The position numbers and the translations under genes are program-made. DNA of 64,000 nt, from NCBI GenBank assembly GCA_002269645.1, contig NIVC01003102.1, positions 1 to 64,000 of the forward strand, written 5' to 3'. Every line of letters starts with the position of its first letter. The first letter of the stretch is position 1. Under the pieces are notes generated by a model. That model searched no databases, was not told the origin of the DNA, and saw nothing but the letters and a program-made list of their open reading frames with translations. The stretch is from Macrostomum lignano. Taxonomy: Eukaryota. Below, one piece after another: positions 16,701-27,786 of this stretch.

Positions 16701-17772
16701 TGCAGAGTCCGGCCGTGCCCGCTGGCCAGCGCCAGAACCAGACCGTCTCTGATGCCCAGCTCGGCGCCGCTTAAATCAACGCGCCTTAATCCGACATGGT
16801 CGGGCAGCTCGGCCAGTTTGTTGAATAGTCGAACCAGGGCGTCTTCGAATTCTTTGCCGCTGTAGAATAGCGGATTTGCGCCCACGAATCGGAGACTTAG
16901 CGAGTCTAGTCTGCAATTCATTGCGGTTATAGACTGCTCACCTGGCATCTCAGCTTAGAATTCCCTCACCTGGCATCTCAGCCTAGAATTCCCTCACCTG
17001 GCATCTCAGCCTAGAATTCCCTCACCTGGCATCTCAGCCTAGAATTCCCTCACCTGGCATCTCAGCCTAGAATTCCCTCACCTGGCATCTCAGCCTAGAA
17101 TTCCCTCACCTGGCATCTCAGCCTAGAATTCCCTCACCTGGCATCTCAGCCTAGAATTCCCTCACCTGGCATCTCAGCTTAGAATTCCCTCACCTGGCAC
17201 CTCAGCCTAGAATTCTCTCACCTGGCATCTCAGCCTAGAATTCTCTCACCTGGGATTTTAGTCAAGGAGAATCACTAGAATTCCCTCACCTAGGATCTCA
17301 GTCTAGGAGAATCACTAAGAATTCCCCACCTAGGATCGCAGTCTAGGAGAATCATCTTAGAATTTCCTCACCTGGGATCTCAGCCTAGAATTCCTCAAGT
17401 GAGATCTCAGGCTGAGAATCAGCCCACTCACCTGACAGCAAACTGGCCTAATAGATCAAGCAGGCTTAACGCCAACTGCCTCATCCGCTGATTGCCCTGA
17501 TCAACTGCCAGTTGAACTCCGCCAAAATGCCGACCGTATCGCTCCGGCAGAGTGCACAGCCAAGCGTCCGATTCGTCAACAAATTTGAAAAAGCAACGCC
17601 GCCAGAATAGCGGATGCTCCGAAGTGGCCAGCCATTCCGGACAGGTGCCAGCCGCTCGGATTCGATCTCTTAATGATAGGTGTTCGAATATTCGAACTAG
17701 ACAAGGCTCGGGCAGGTAGCGCCACGGAATCACTTCTGCCGGTTCGGCTACCGAATCGTTGGCGGAAGCCAT
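13762..17772 (-). CDS. FBXL8: F-box/LRR-repeat protein 8-like, 436 aa (exons 17772-17432, 16910-16536, 14814-14460, 14001-13762)
   Basis: N-terminal F-box (WRYLPEPCLVRIFEHLSLRDRIRAAGTCPEW). Colinear similarity to FBXL8 motifs as I recall them (HLSLRDR, GANPLFYSGKEF, NGALVAQVSKETVMQLLDSCPRL, LQPSLPL, VHC...RCPRL). All introns GT-AG with phases 2,2,0; total 1311 nt. Confidence 0.88.
14135..14445. repeat. ~43-bp minisatellite (ttttgaataatcggccttcaaaactattcatggtatttcgtca), ~7 copies, FBXL8 intron 3
   Basis: aataatcggccttc recurs every ~43 nt. Confidence 0.93.
14818..16460. repeat. ~20-bp minisatellite (catagattagcaatccaatg) filling FBXL8 intron 2
   Basis: About 80 variant units running up to the acceptor AG at 14815-14816. 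Confidence 0.96.
16935..17430. repeat. 28-bp minisatellite (ctcacctggcatctcagcctagaattcc) filling FBXL8 intron 1
   Basis: Period 28; each unit reads AGGTGAG on the gene's sense strand. Confidence 0.95.
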
Positions 17773-17989
17773 TTGTACATTAATGAAGGAATTAAGAATT
17801 GTGTTGGCGTGGTTTCCAATCTAACAATTGGCACTTATTAGGATATAATGCAATGCTTTACAATACGTTTAACTGGATTTTGTAATAAAACTGACTTGAA
17901 TCGTTGGGAATAATAAATCTCTAAGGGCTGAAGGATTTAAAGTTATAGTAAGTATGCAAGGTTGAGGCACTAGCAATGAGCCATGTACC

Positions 17990-19765
17990 AAACACCTTGA
18001 AGTCCTGATACCAGTCAAGGTTACCCAGACTTGAAGCCCTGATGACAGTCAATTGGTTACCAAAAGGACTTAAGGTCCTTATAGCAGTCAAGGTTACCAA
18101 AAGGACTTGAAGTCCTGATAACAGTCAATTGGTTACCAAAAGGACTTGAGGTCCTGATAACAGTCAAGGTTACCAAAAGGACTTGAGGTCCTTATAGCAG
18201 TCAAGGTTACCAAAAGGACTTGAAGTCCTGATAACAGTCAAGGTTACCAAAAGGACTTGAGGTCCTTATAGCAGTCAAGGTTACCAAAAGGACTTGAGGT
18301 CCTGAAAACAGTCAAGGTTACCAAAAGGACTTGAGGTCCTTATAGCAGTCAAGGTTACCAAAAGGACTTGAAGTCCTGATAACAGTCAAGGTTACCAAAA
18401 GGACTTGAGGTCCTTATAGCAGTCAAGGTTAGCAAAAGGACTTGAAGTCCTGATAACAGTCAAGGTTACCAAAAGGACTTGAGGTCCTTATAGCAGTCAA
18501 GGTTACCAAAAGGACTTGAGGTCCTTATAGCAGTCAAGGTTACCAAAAGGACTTGAGGTCCTGATAACAGTCAATTGGTTACCAAAAGGACTTGAGGTCC
18601 TGATAACAGTCAAGGTTACCAAAAGGACTTGAGGTCCTTAAAGCAGTCAAGGTTAGCAAAAGGACTTGAAGTCCTGATAACAGTCAAGGTTACCAAAAGG
18701 ACTTGAGGTCCTTATAGCAGTCAAGGTTACCAAAAGGACTTGAGGTCCTGATAACAGTCAATTGGTTACCAAAAGGACTTGAGGTCCTGATAACAGTCAA
18801 GGTTACCAAAAGGACTTGAGGTCCTTAAAGCAGTCAAGGTTAGCAAAAGGACTTGAAGTCCTGATAACAGTCAAGGTTACCAAAAGGACTTGAGGTCCTT
18901 ATAGCAGTCAAGGTTACCAAAAGGACTTGAGGTCCTGATAACAGTCAATTGGTTACCAAAAGGACTTGAGGTCCTGATAACAGTCAAGGTTACCAAAAGG
19001 ACTTGAGGTCCTTAAAGCAGTCAAGGTTAGCAAAAGGACTTGAAGTCCTGATAACAGTCAAGGTTACCAAAAGGACTTGAGGTCCTTATAGCAGTCAAGG
19101 TTAGCAAAAGGACTTGAAGTCCTGATAACAGTCAAGGTTACCAAAAGGACTTGAGGTCCTTATAGCAGTCAAGGTTACCAAAAGGACTTGAGGTCCTGAT
19201 AACAGTCAATTGGTTACCAAAAGGACTTGAGGTCCTGATAACAGTCAAGGTTACCAAAAGGACTTGAGGTCCTGATAACAGTCAAGGTTACCAAAAGGAC
19301 TTGAGGTCCTTAAAGCAGTCAAGGTTAGCAAAAGGACTTGAAGTCCTGATAACAGTCAAGGTTACCAAAAGGACTTGAGGTCCTTATAGCAGTCAAGGTT
19401 ACCAAAAGGACTTGAAGTCCTGATAACAGTCAAGGTTACCAAAAGGACTTGAGGTCCTTATAGCAGTCAAGGTTAGCAAAAGGACTTGAAGTCCTGATAA
19501 CAGTCAAGGTTACCAAAAGGACTTGAGGTCCTTATAGCAGTCAAGGTTAGCAAAAGGACTTGAAGTCCTGATAACAGTCAAGGTTACCAAAAGGACTTGA
19601 GGTCCTTATAGCAGTCAAGGTTAGCAAAAGGACTTGAAGTCCTGATAACAGTCAAGGTTACCAAAAGGACTTGAGGTCCTTATAACAGTCAAGGTTACCA
19701 AAAGGACTTGAGGTCCTTATAGCAGTCAAGGTTACCAAAAGGACTTGAAGTCCTGATAACAGCCG
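17990..19765. repeat. 37-bp minisatellite (cagtcaaggttaccaaaaggacttgaggtcctgataa) between HCCS 3' end and FBXL8 5' end
   Basis: Roughly 45 copies with a few alternating variants. Confidence 0.96.
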
Positions 19766-20823
19766 TGGACCTGGATGTTAGGCAACAAAGCAACAACCCG
19801 AAGACCTGTTATGAGCAAGGGGGTCCAAAAATGACCCGAATGAGCTACCTAACTAAGTCTGTAATAGGTCATAAAAAAGTTGAAAAACAAGAAAGACCCA
19901 AAGTCATTGCCAATTAATACGCTTCTAAATTCAACTTTAGCTGGGCCGGGCTGCTTCAAATCTTTACTAGCATGTGACAAACAGATGTTAATGTATTGGA
20001 TTATGTTCGCAATAAACTAAATAGCGTTTTGAAAATAAAATCAACAACAAAAAGGCTTATTGAAGGCTTTGATTTGAACTAGATGAAACAAGCGCAAATT
20101 AAAATTGAAATAGACAGACTTAACTGTCTAATTAGTAGCCGATAAAAACACTACCCAGGCCAAGAAGCGCCCCAGAGTGGTTGCAGGTAACACAGGTGAA
20201 ATAGGACAGAACTGACTCTAGACGACTCTAAAACGAGATTTTACGGTAGAAGTCGCCAAAAAGTTGTCTAAGAGTCAATCTGAGATGTTTTACAGTCTGC
20301 GACTCTGAGTTGCTGTCTGTAGAATCGCTTGAGCTACGTCTAAAGCGCCACTTTATGAATTAGAATCGCATTTTGCATTTATAACCAACTTTTTTTAGGT
20401 CTACTTGATTGAGTTAGTAGACAGTTTTTAAGCAATTAAGCAAACAACGATTCTTGAAAGGATTTTTTCGTCTTTGGCGATTTTAGTCACGGTAATTTAA
20501 ACTATAACACAGGCGACAATGGCATACAGAACCCAGCCGAGCTTATTTTAGTGTGAACGCAAAAACACAGAGTTGATCTCTAAACTAGGCTGGCAGATAA
20601 CTTGACATAGCTAATAATTTATATAAACTTTTTTTTCTATTTTTAGATGTTTTCAGGAGACACAGATTTAAAAAAAAGCAAATACGACTCAGTAGAGACA
20701 CGAGACACTTCTGGTTCTTAGGATAACTTTTAAAGGCCGGTTAGACTATGAAAAGAAGACAATCCATTTGGAACTGAAGCCTTTAAAAATATGTCTAAGA
20801 AGCGAAGTTAAGCGCAGTATCAA

Positions 20824-21895
20824 TTAATTGGTCTTATCCCCCTCTCCCTCAGTTTCTCCCGAGTATCGCCAGCGCATGTAGGCAGCCTTGGTTCGATCTC
20901 GCAGAGCCGTGAAGCTATCCAGAGCCGGCCGGACGTCCAGAGCGGCGAATTCGTAATTCTCGTCAATCTGCTTGCCATCGTAATAATCGATGATGTAGCG
21001 AACGCTGCGGCCGCACCTGTCAACTATCCAGTCGTGCCGATCGAACGGCTTCTGATAGCCCAGCCAGTAACGAAACTTTGCCCTTGGAGACAGCTGGGTG
21101 GCCTGGGTAAGAGTCAGCGAGGCCACGAAATGAAATACAACTTATTCTCTCACCTGGGATCTCAGCCTAGAATTCTCTCACCTGGGATCTCAGCCTAGAA
21201 TTCCTCACCTGGGATCTCAGCCTAGAATTCCTCACCTGGGATCCTTCCCAAGGATTTCTCCCTCACCTGTTGCATTTTGTCTACTAATTAGGAATAAGCA
21301 GCCTCAATAGAACATAGGGTCTCACCTTGCCGCCAAAGCTAGCCAGCCTGGGTGTCGGGCACTCCCTAGCGTGATAGGCCTCCCATTTGAGCACTTCACG
21401 CCAGGCCAGCTCATTATTAGCATTATGTATGCGTATAATAGCGTCCATAGTTTCCGGTGTCACTTCGGAATTTTGCCAACGCCAGCCTTTGCGAACCATA
21501 GCGTTCCAGAACATCTGAGCAGACGGGTACTCCCATTTCTCGCCTTCGTTGCCTGACGCCTTGGGAATGCTAGACCGTTGCCGGCCAGTATCCAAGGGGA
21601 ATGGCTGGCCAGGCGTTGGCTGTTGCAAAGCGCTGGCGCTTGGCATCATATTTAACGGGTCCAGCTGGCCGTCTGTGCCGGCATTGACTGGACAGCCGCT
21701 GCCTGCATCGCTGTTCACTGGACAGCCGCTGCCGTTATTAGCAGATTGAGTCGGAGCTGCTGCTGCTGGCGATGCGGCAGTCTTTGCGTGCATCGGACAC
21801 TCTGGCGGTGGCTGTTCTTGACTTCCAGTAGCAGCTGCCGGCCTGGTGGCAGCGGATGCAACAAGTGCATTGGCAGTACTTTGAGTTGAACCCAT
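20824..21895 (-). CDS. HCCS: Holocytochrome c synthase (cytochrome c heme lyase), 282 aa (exons 21895-21326, 21102-20824)
   Basis: MG N-terminus, CP heme-regulatory motifs (CPM, CPV, CPV), [33 protein letters not shown]|[40 protein letters not shown]. Phase-0 GT-AG intron 21325-21103. Confidence 0.97.
21148..21268. repeat. 4-5 copies of the same 27-28 bp unit found in FBXL8 intron 1, in the HCCS intron
   Basis: ctcacctgggatctcagcctagaattc repeated near 21150, 21177, 21204, 21231. Confidence 0.9.
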
Positions 21896-22699
21896 TTAAA
21901 GGCAGCATGCGATTGATGATATGTTACTTTTACTTTTATTAATTAAATTATAATTATGCCATTAGTATGGGTCTCGTATTCTGTTGAAGATAAGACTGTG
22001 AAGCTATTCCAAAAAGTGTGTCATCCTTTACTTGCAATTGTGAACATATCAGTCACTATCACAGATACTGAAATATCTAGATGGGCCACTCAGGATTATA
22101 CTTAACAAAACAGCTTTCAACTTGCAGTTCAGTAGCAATGAAGAATACATAAGCTATTTTATAAAAATAAAGGCAACTGAGATGACTTTGATAAGTTTGG
22201 AAGCCAAAGCTTGCAAGCATAAACAGCTTGCTAATTGGTTCAACAACTAAGGAAAGTAATAAAAATTGGATGGTAGGGCAGGTGTAGAGGTTCTGTATAG
22301 AGTTTGAAGGTTTAAGCTTGGGGGGTAAGAGCCAATAAATAAGCCTTCGTTTTAAAATACATAAATAGCTTGCACGCATGTGCTAAGTGACCCATCTAGC
22401 AATTTTAGTATTTGTGGTCACTATATATGCTAAGGATAAATATATAACTGAAAAACTAAGGCAAAAGTTTCTATAATAATTGACAAAGTTTGTTAAAAAT
22501 AGATTTTTCAATTTTTAGCTTAGTTTAAGAAGTTTTAAAACATAAATAAATGCAAATAGTAACATAAAAGAAACTTTGATTCACCTGCTAGTAGACAATA
22601 GGTGAGTCTAGCCTAGCTATGGATATTTAACATTTAATTTTTCAGTTAGTATATAATTTTTCACTCAAACTGAAATGAAGGATTGGAGCCCTCTTTTAG

Positions 22700-23780
22700 C
22701 CCTAAGTACAGGCTAAGGGCTAACAGGGTCACCCTCTACTAAAGTGTGTGGCTTAGCAACCTACTAGGGAATATGGAGTGCTACAGCCATCTTACATTGA
22801 CAGCAGCACTTCAATACAGTGTTTCCACTCCAATCTAACCATTTTTCTTCTAAAGAAAATTCTAAAGAAAATTCTGCAAATAGCTTGGCCTATTAAATAT
22901 GTTATGATTTTTGACATGACTATAGAAAATTTAGTCATTCTAGCCAACCTGATCTATTTATTCAACTATTGGTATTGGCATATTTAAACTCACTTCCAAA
23001 CTCTAAGTTCCAAGTTCCATTCAAGCTAGCTCTAAAGGTCAGTTATGTTAACATTATATTAGATTTAGCTTTTTGCAGCTCATTTGGGTTCATGCGCATT
23101 GAATTTAATCAAAGATATGTTTGCCACTGTAATGGAGCTTTTGTCTATGGTAGCAAGGCTGGCACAATGGCATTTAATTTGGTCCAGCAAGCATTAAATT
23201 TAGTCCAAATGCTCCTGAGCCACTTGGTAAACTCTTGCCCCTTTGCAACCATATATAGCCTGTTGTGCACTGCTGGAATGGTAGCATCTTTACCAACAAT
23301 TTTCAGTTGCTTTTTTCAGAGCTCTCCTGATAGACAAAATCTGATAACCAAATGGAACCATTCCTTCAACTACTGCTGCATTTTCTGCAATGTCAACAAA
23401 GGGTTTGTCTCAACTACATCCAGTAGCAGTTGGACCTAAGTCTCTAGCAACTTGCCTTGGTAATTGCTACCCTTTTGCAGGTGATCTCTGCTGGCAGTGG
23501 TTTCCTTGTCCTTTGGGTATTCACCTGCTTTGATCACAAGCCAATGGCACTCTTTTGAAAGCCTAACAAATGGTCCACAATTCTGAGGCTGATCTTGCTC
23601 CTTTGCAGCAAATGCAAATGAAGCTATGGAACAAATTGATTCTTGTTGGACCAAATTAAATGCCACTGTGTCAGCCTTGCTACTATAGACAAAAACTCAA
23701 TTACATTGGCAAATGTATATTGGATTAAATTCAATGTGTGTAAACCTAAATGAACTGCAAAAAGCTATATTAGAATTTCA
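22700..23780 (-). mobile_element. Heavily decayed Tc1/IS630-like transposase remnant with a ~120-bp inverted duplication
   Basis: Minus-strand reading through stops gives GKLLET*VQLLLDVVETNPLLTLQKMQQ*L...QLKIVGKDATIPAVHNRLYMVAKGQEFTKWL, which resembles Tc1-type N-terminal motifs (NPxLTL, RNxxD..RxEF..W). No intact DDE seen. 23066-23186 is an inverted copy of 23647-23767. Confidence 0.4.
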
Positions 23781-24111
23781 ATTATTTTAATAAAGAAATC
23801 TGTTCATTGGCAAATGGTATAGCCAACAAGTGAATGCAGTTAATTATGGTTTTACCATAGACATTAAACACTTTAAATAAAAATACTTGGTAGATCAATT
23901 AGCATCTTGGATTATTGCATGCTGGCAACTGAAGCATCAATCAGTATACAGACATTAATACATGCTATTTGCAGTTGATCTTTGTCTATGGTCTTCTCCA
24001 CAATTGGCTATACTAATCAGCAATGTGAAAGATGCCTGGCTTGATCCAGAGTATACATAGAATGCCAATGTAGCTTAAAAAAATTGAACCCAAATTTTAA
24101 CGTTTTGCCAA

Positions 24112-24304
24112 GAGTTTGGCTTTGGACCATAGACTAAAGTTTTTTTGAGCAAAAATATATTTGTGATAAATAAACTCATATAAGTGCCACTGTTTAGTGG
24201 GAATGAGAAAAAACTTTAAACAATTAATTGCATATATATTTCTAGCTTCCAGTTCCAGCACCTAATTTTTATATATTTTTAGTCTATGGTTGAAAGCCAA
24301 ACTC
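24112..24304. mobile_element. Small MITE-like element bounded by 27-bp inverted repeats
   Basis: gagtttggctttggaccatagactaaa (24112-24138) vs reverse complement of 24278-24304, 2 mismatches; no TSD identified. Confidence 0.45.
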
Positions 24305-24585
24305 CTAGTAGAATGTGAAAATGGGCTTCACTTTTTAAAGCTCACATTGTGCACAAATGCAAACTCTCTAATGCAAACTGTCTAAACTTATGTCTAGACA
24401 TTATTGCACTCTCGCCTAGGTGCGCAAACTTTAAAGCAACATGAGTGACAATTGATTGCTTTGGTATGCAATCAGTTGGTATGTATACACTGCACTCTTA
24501 AAACTTGCTGAATCATTCAATCAACTAGCATAATTCTGTGCCAATTTTCACCCACCACTCAGTGTGTGTCTAATGGCTGACCTTG

Positions 24586-24676
24586 AGAGTGTTACTAAAA
24601 GGGTTTCTAGTTGATTTGTCTGCCACCAATTTGTCTGCTCAGCAGACAAATTGGTTTGTAACCTTTTGACTACTCA
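24586..24676. repeat. Imperfect ~90-bp palindrome with a perfect 15-bp core; candidate left terminus of the Mutator element
   Basis: accaatttgtctgct-c-agcagacaaattggt at 24625-24655; atttgtctgc also present in the left flank; ~220 nt upstream of the PHD exon. Confidence 0.6.
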
Positions 24677-24893
24677 TCTGCTGCGGCAACCAATGAAATT
24701 AGGCCTGCTCCTACCACTTCTTCATTACATGGCATCCACCCCAGCTAAATGCTTTGTGTAAAATTTTAATAATAATAAAGCCATCATTTCAATAAGATGA
24801 TCTTGGTAGCAAGTTAAATATTCTACAAGTTAAAAGCATTCATTTTAATAGTTATAACAAAAGCACATGCATTAGTGTGTGTGCTACTGAAAT

Positions 24894-26940
24894 ATGACTG
24901 ACATGTGCATTGAATGCTAGAAAAAAGTGAGTTATTGGCAACATGCCTTACAGTGCGATTCTTGTGAGCTATGGCAGCACTGTCTTTGTGGTACCAGTTT
25001 GAGCCAAAAGGAATACCATGCTTTGATGGAACATTCCTTTAATTGGCAATGCTCAAAGTGCACTGGAAAAAATGAGGTAAGAAATTGACAAAATTTACTG
25101 CATGGAGTATAAAGGATTCCATTATATTTAATTACAGTTTACACATGCTATGCTATAGTACATGTAATTCCTGACATTTTCGGCATGCTGCAAAGTTTAT
25201 TAAGCTTGATGGCAATCTTGTTGCACAAAGCCAAAACAAATATTTTTCACACACACAGATGCAGATGCTCAATGGTGCTGGCAAGGTTGGCACAAGCCAA
25301 TTTTCTGATCTTGCTTCCGTTGATCTGCCAGCAATGATCGCCGATCCACCAGCAGCTCCCGCCGATCTCCCAGCTTTTGCCTATCCACCAGCAGCTCCTG
25401 CCAATCTGCCAGCTTTTGCTGATCCACTAGCAGCTCCCGCCAATCTGCCAACTTTTGCCGCTCAACCAGCAGCTTTTAATAAGCTGCCAACAACTCCTGC
25501 CAATCCGCCAGCAGCTTTCACCAAGCTGCTAGCAGCTTTCACTAAGCCACCAGCAGCTTTTGCCAACCCACTAGCAGCTTTTACCAACCCACCAGCAGCT
25601 TTCACCAAGCTGCCAGCAGCTTTTGCCAACCCATTAGCAGCTTTCACCAAGCCACCAGCAGCTTTTGCCAACCCACCAGCAGCTTTCACTGAGCCGCCAG
25701 CAACTCCTGCCAATCCACCAGCAGCTTTGGCTGAGCCACCAGCAGCTCTTCCTGCTCAAGTAATGCCTTTGCAAATGGAGCCAGAGCAGTTTTAGCTAAA
25801 GTGGGGGCATAAGCAAATGTGGTGGCGATTTGCTTGTATCTTCTCATGGTTTATATTCTGGGAAAAAATGGAGGTAAAGCTGGGTGTAAGTACTGGAAAT
25901 GCATCATTCGAAATGGTGCTTTGACTTGTAATGGCTCCCTTAAAGAGATATTTGATGGCGCTTTTCACATAAGCCAGCGGCACATCTGCGAGTCCAATGT
26001 GGCTGATGGCCTCAAAAGAGAAATTCAATGGGAAGTGAAGCACGAATCAAAGCAATGCCGATTTGAATCAACAGCAGAGATTGTTGAAAGCACCCTAATA
26101 GCACAAGCACTGCGGGGTGAGCAGGGCGCTAATCTTCTAAGAGTGGAGCAGCTGGCAAGAAATGCTAACTAATATCGCACAGGAAGTCAGCTTTCTCATC
26201 CACATGATCTTCAATTCGAACTTCAAGAGCTGGCCTTCCCATCCAACTTTCTTAAAGCAGACATCACTGTGGCCAGAACCCATAAGTGCCATTTGTTGTT
26301 TGCCACTGACAAGCAACTGGCAATTCTGACTACTATGAATCAATGGTTCATGGATGGAACATTTTACATTGTTAAAATCCATTTATGCAACTTTATTCTA
26401 GTGAACTACTATTAAATTTGCTTCAAATCTTTTAAATATCTGCTTAGAAGCTAAAATACTAATCCAATCCTGTATATTTTTTGTTCATGGCATGGTCTTA
26501 TTCATCAAGATGGAAAGGAAAAGCAGGTACCTCTATGCTTCCTCCTTATGTCTGGAAAATCAAAGCACAACTATGTTCACATACTTGAGTGGCTGATTGA
26601 GCTGACAGGAGCTCGACCCATGGCAGCTGTGCTCCACTTTGAAGCAGCTATATGGGAGGCTTTGCATCAAACCTGCCCTGACGCTCAGCTGCAGGGATGC
26701 TCATTTCACTTCGCACAGAGGATTTTTCAAAAAATCCAAGACCTTGGCCTTTCCGCGACCTATACAACCAATAAGGAGACAACTTTTTTGCAAGAAGCTG
26801 ATGGCTCTTATCTACCTGCCAGTGCCGCATATCTATACTGCATTTGGAACTCTGGTGGATTTAGCAAACTCCAAGGCATTAGTGCGGCTGTGTAAAATAG
26901 GCCCTAAATGCAAATATAACATTAAAAATGTAACTTAAAA
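24894..26940 (+). pseudogene. Inactivated Mutator-like (MULE) transposase with N-terminal PHD finger, Pro/Ala linker and FLYWCH domain; intron-containing, 3'-truncated
   Basis: 24894-25076 MTDMCIEC*KKVSYWQHALQCDSCELWQHCLCGT...WQCSKC (PHD), GTAAG donor, in-phase acceptor at 25258. Linker 25259-25795. GISKCGGDLLVSSHG...YWKC (FLYWCH). HLLFATDKQL...QWFMDGTF; KQVPLCFLLMSGK...LHFEAAIW...GCSFHFAQ...LMALIYLP (MULE). Stops, frameshifts, and DFE changed to HFE. Confidence 0.85.
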
Positions 26941-27786
26941 TATATATCTTATATTGCAGCAAAAAACAAGACAATTGACAACCCAAAGTTTTATTAGGCC
27001 CTAAAAATTAAAATCATCAGCTTTGCAAATTAGTTTCTCAAATGTACACTCACAACTTTGCCACGTTTAAGCTTTTGTTTCGCTTAAATCTAAAATTATC
27101 TAATACAACTCTCCAAACCAAAGGCAAAGTGCAACTGATATGACAACATGCGAGAACGAGAATAGGTGCGTTTCGATTTCTATTTCTATTCTATTTCTAT
27201 TTTCAGGAAGGTATTATAGACAAATTTAGGCATAAAGGAATCAACGCAGGCCTATTTTTAAAGAAAAAAATCATTTTGATTACAACATTAACGATAGGGC
27301 TAATAATCGTTTTTTATGAATACAACTGCGCTGTTTTGTTTTTGTGCACAATATTATATACTTTTTTGGCACTAAATTAAGGATGTTCTCAGAGCGATCG
27401 GCCAGGAACATCAACTGCATGTAGGCCTAGGCGCACAGCTGTTCACGAATTTCTAAAAGTCAAAAGTAGAAATTGTCAATTTAGTTTGATAATATAAATA
27501 ATTCCTATTTCATATTGATTATTCTGTTATACACGCAAGGAAAATACTGAAGTCTTTACTTGTGATTGTGAAAACTCATAGGCCCTACACTAGTACTGTA
27601 GTAGTAGGCCAACAGTGTCAGTAGTACCTAGACACCCAGACTAAGCCTAAAAACTAAGTTGCAAGACATGAGATATTCGTCAATTGTTATCTAGCTTTGT
27701 TCTTTCGTTTCAAAAACAGTATTTTATTAAAATTTTGAGTTCTGGCTAGGCCTATTACTGATTTTTAAGACTTCTACCATTAGAAA

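Noticed and set aside
22969-23439. 156-aa plus-strand ORF
   Set aside because: Antisense to the decayed Tc1-like frame; no recognisable domain.
25259-25795. Stand-alone Pro/Ala-rich gene
   Set aside because: Better explained as the linker exon of the MULE pseudogene, because its acceptor is in phase with the PHD exon.
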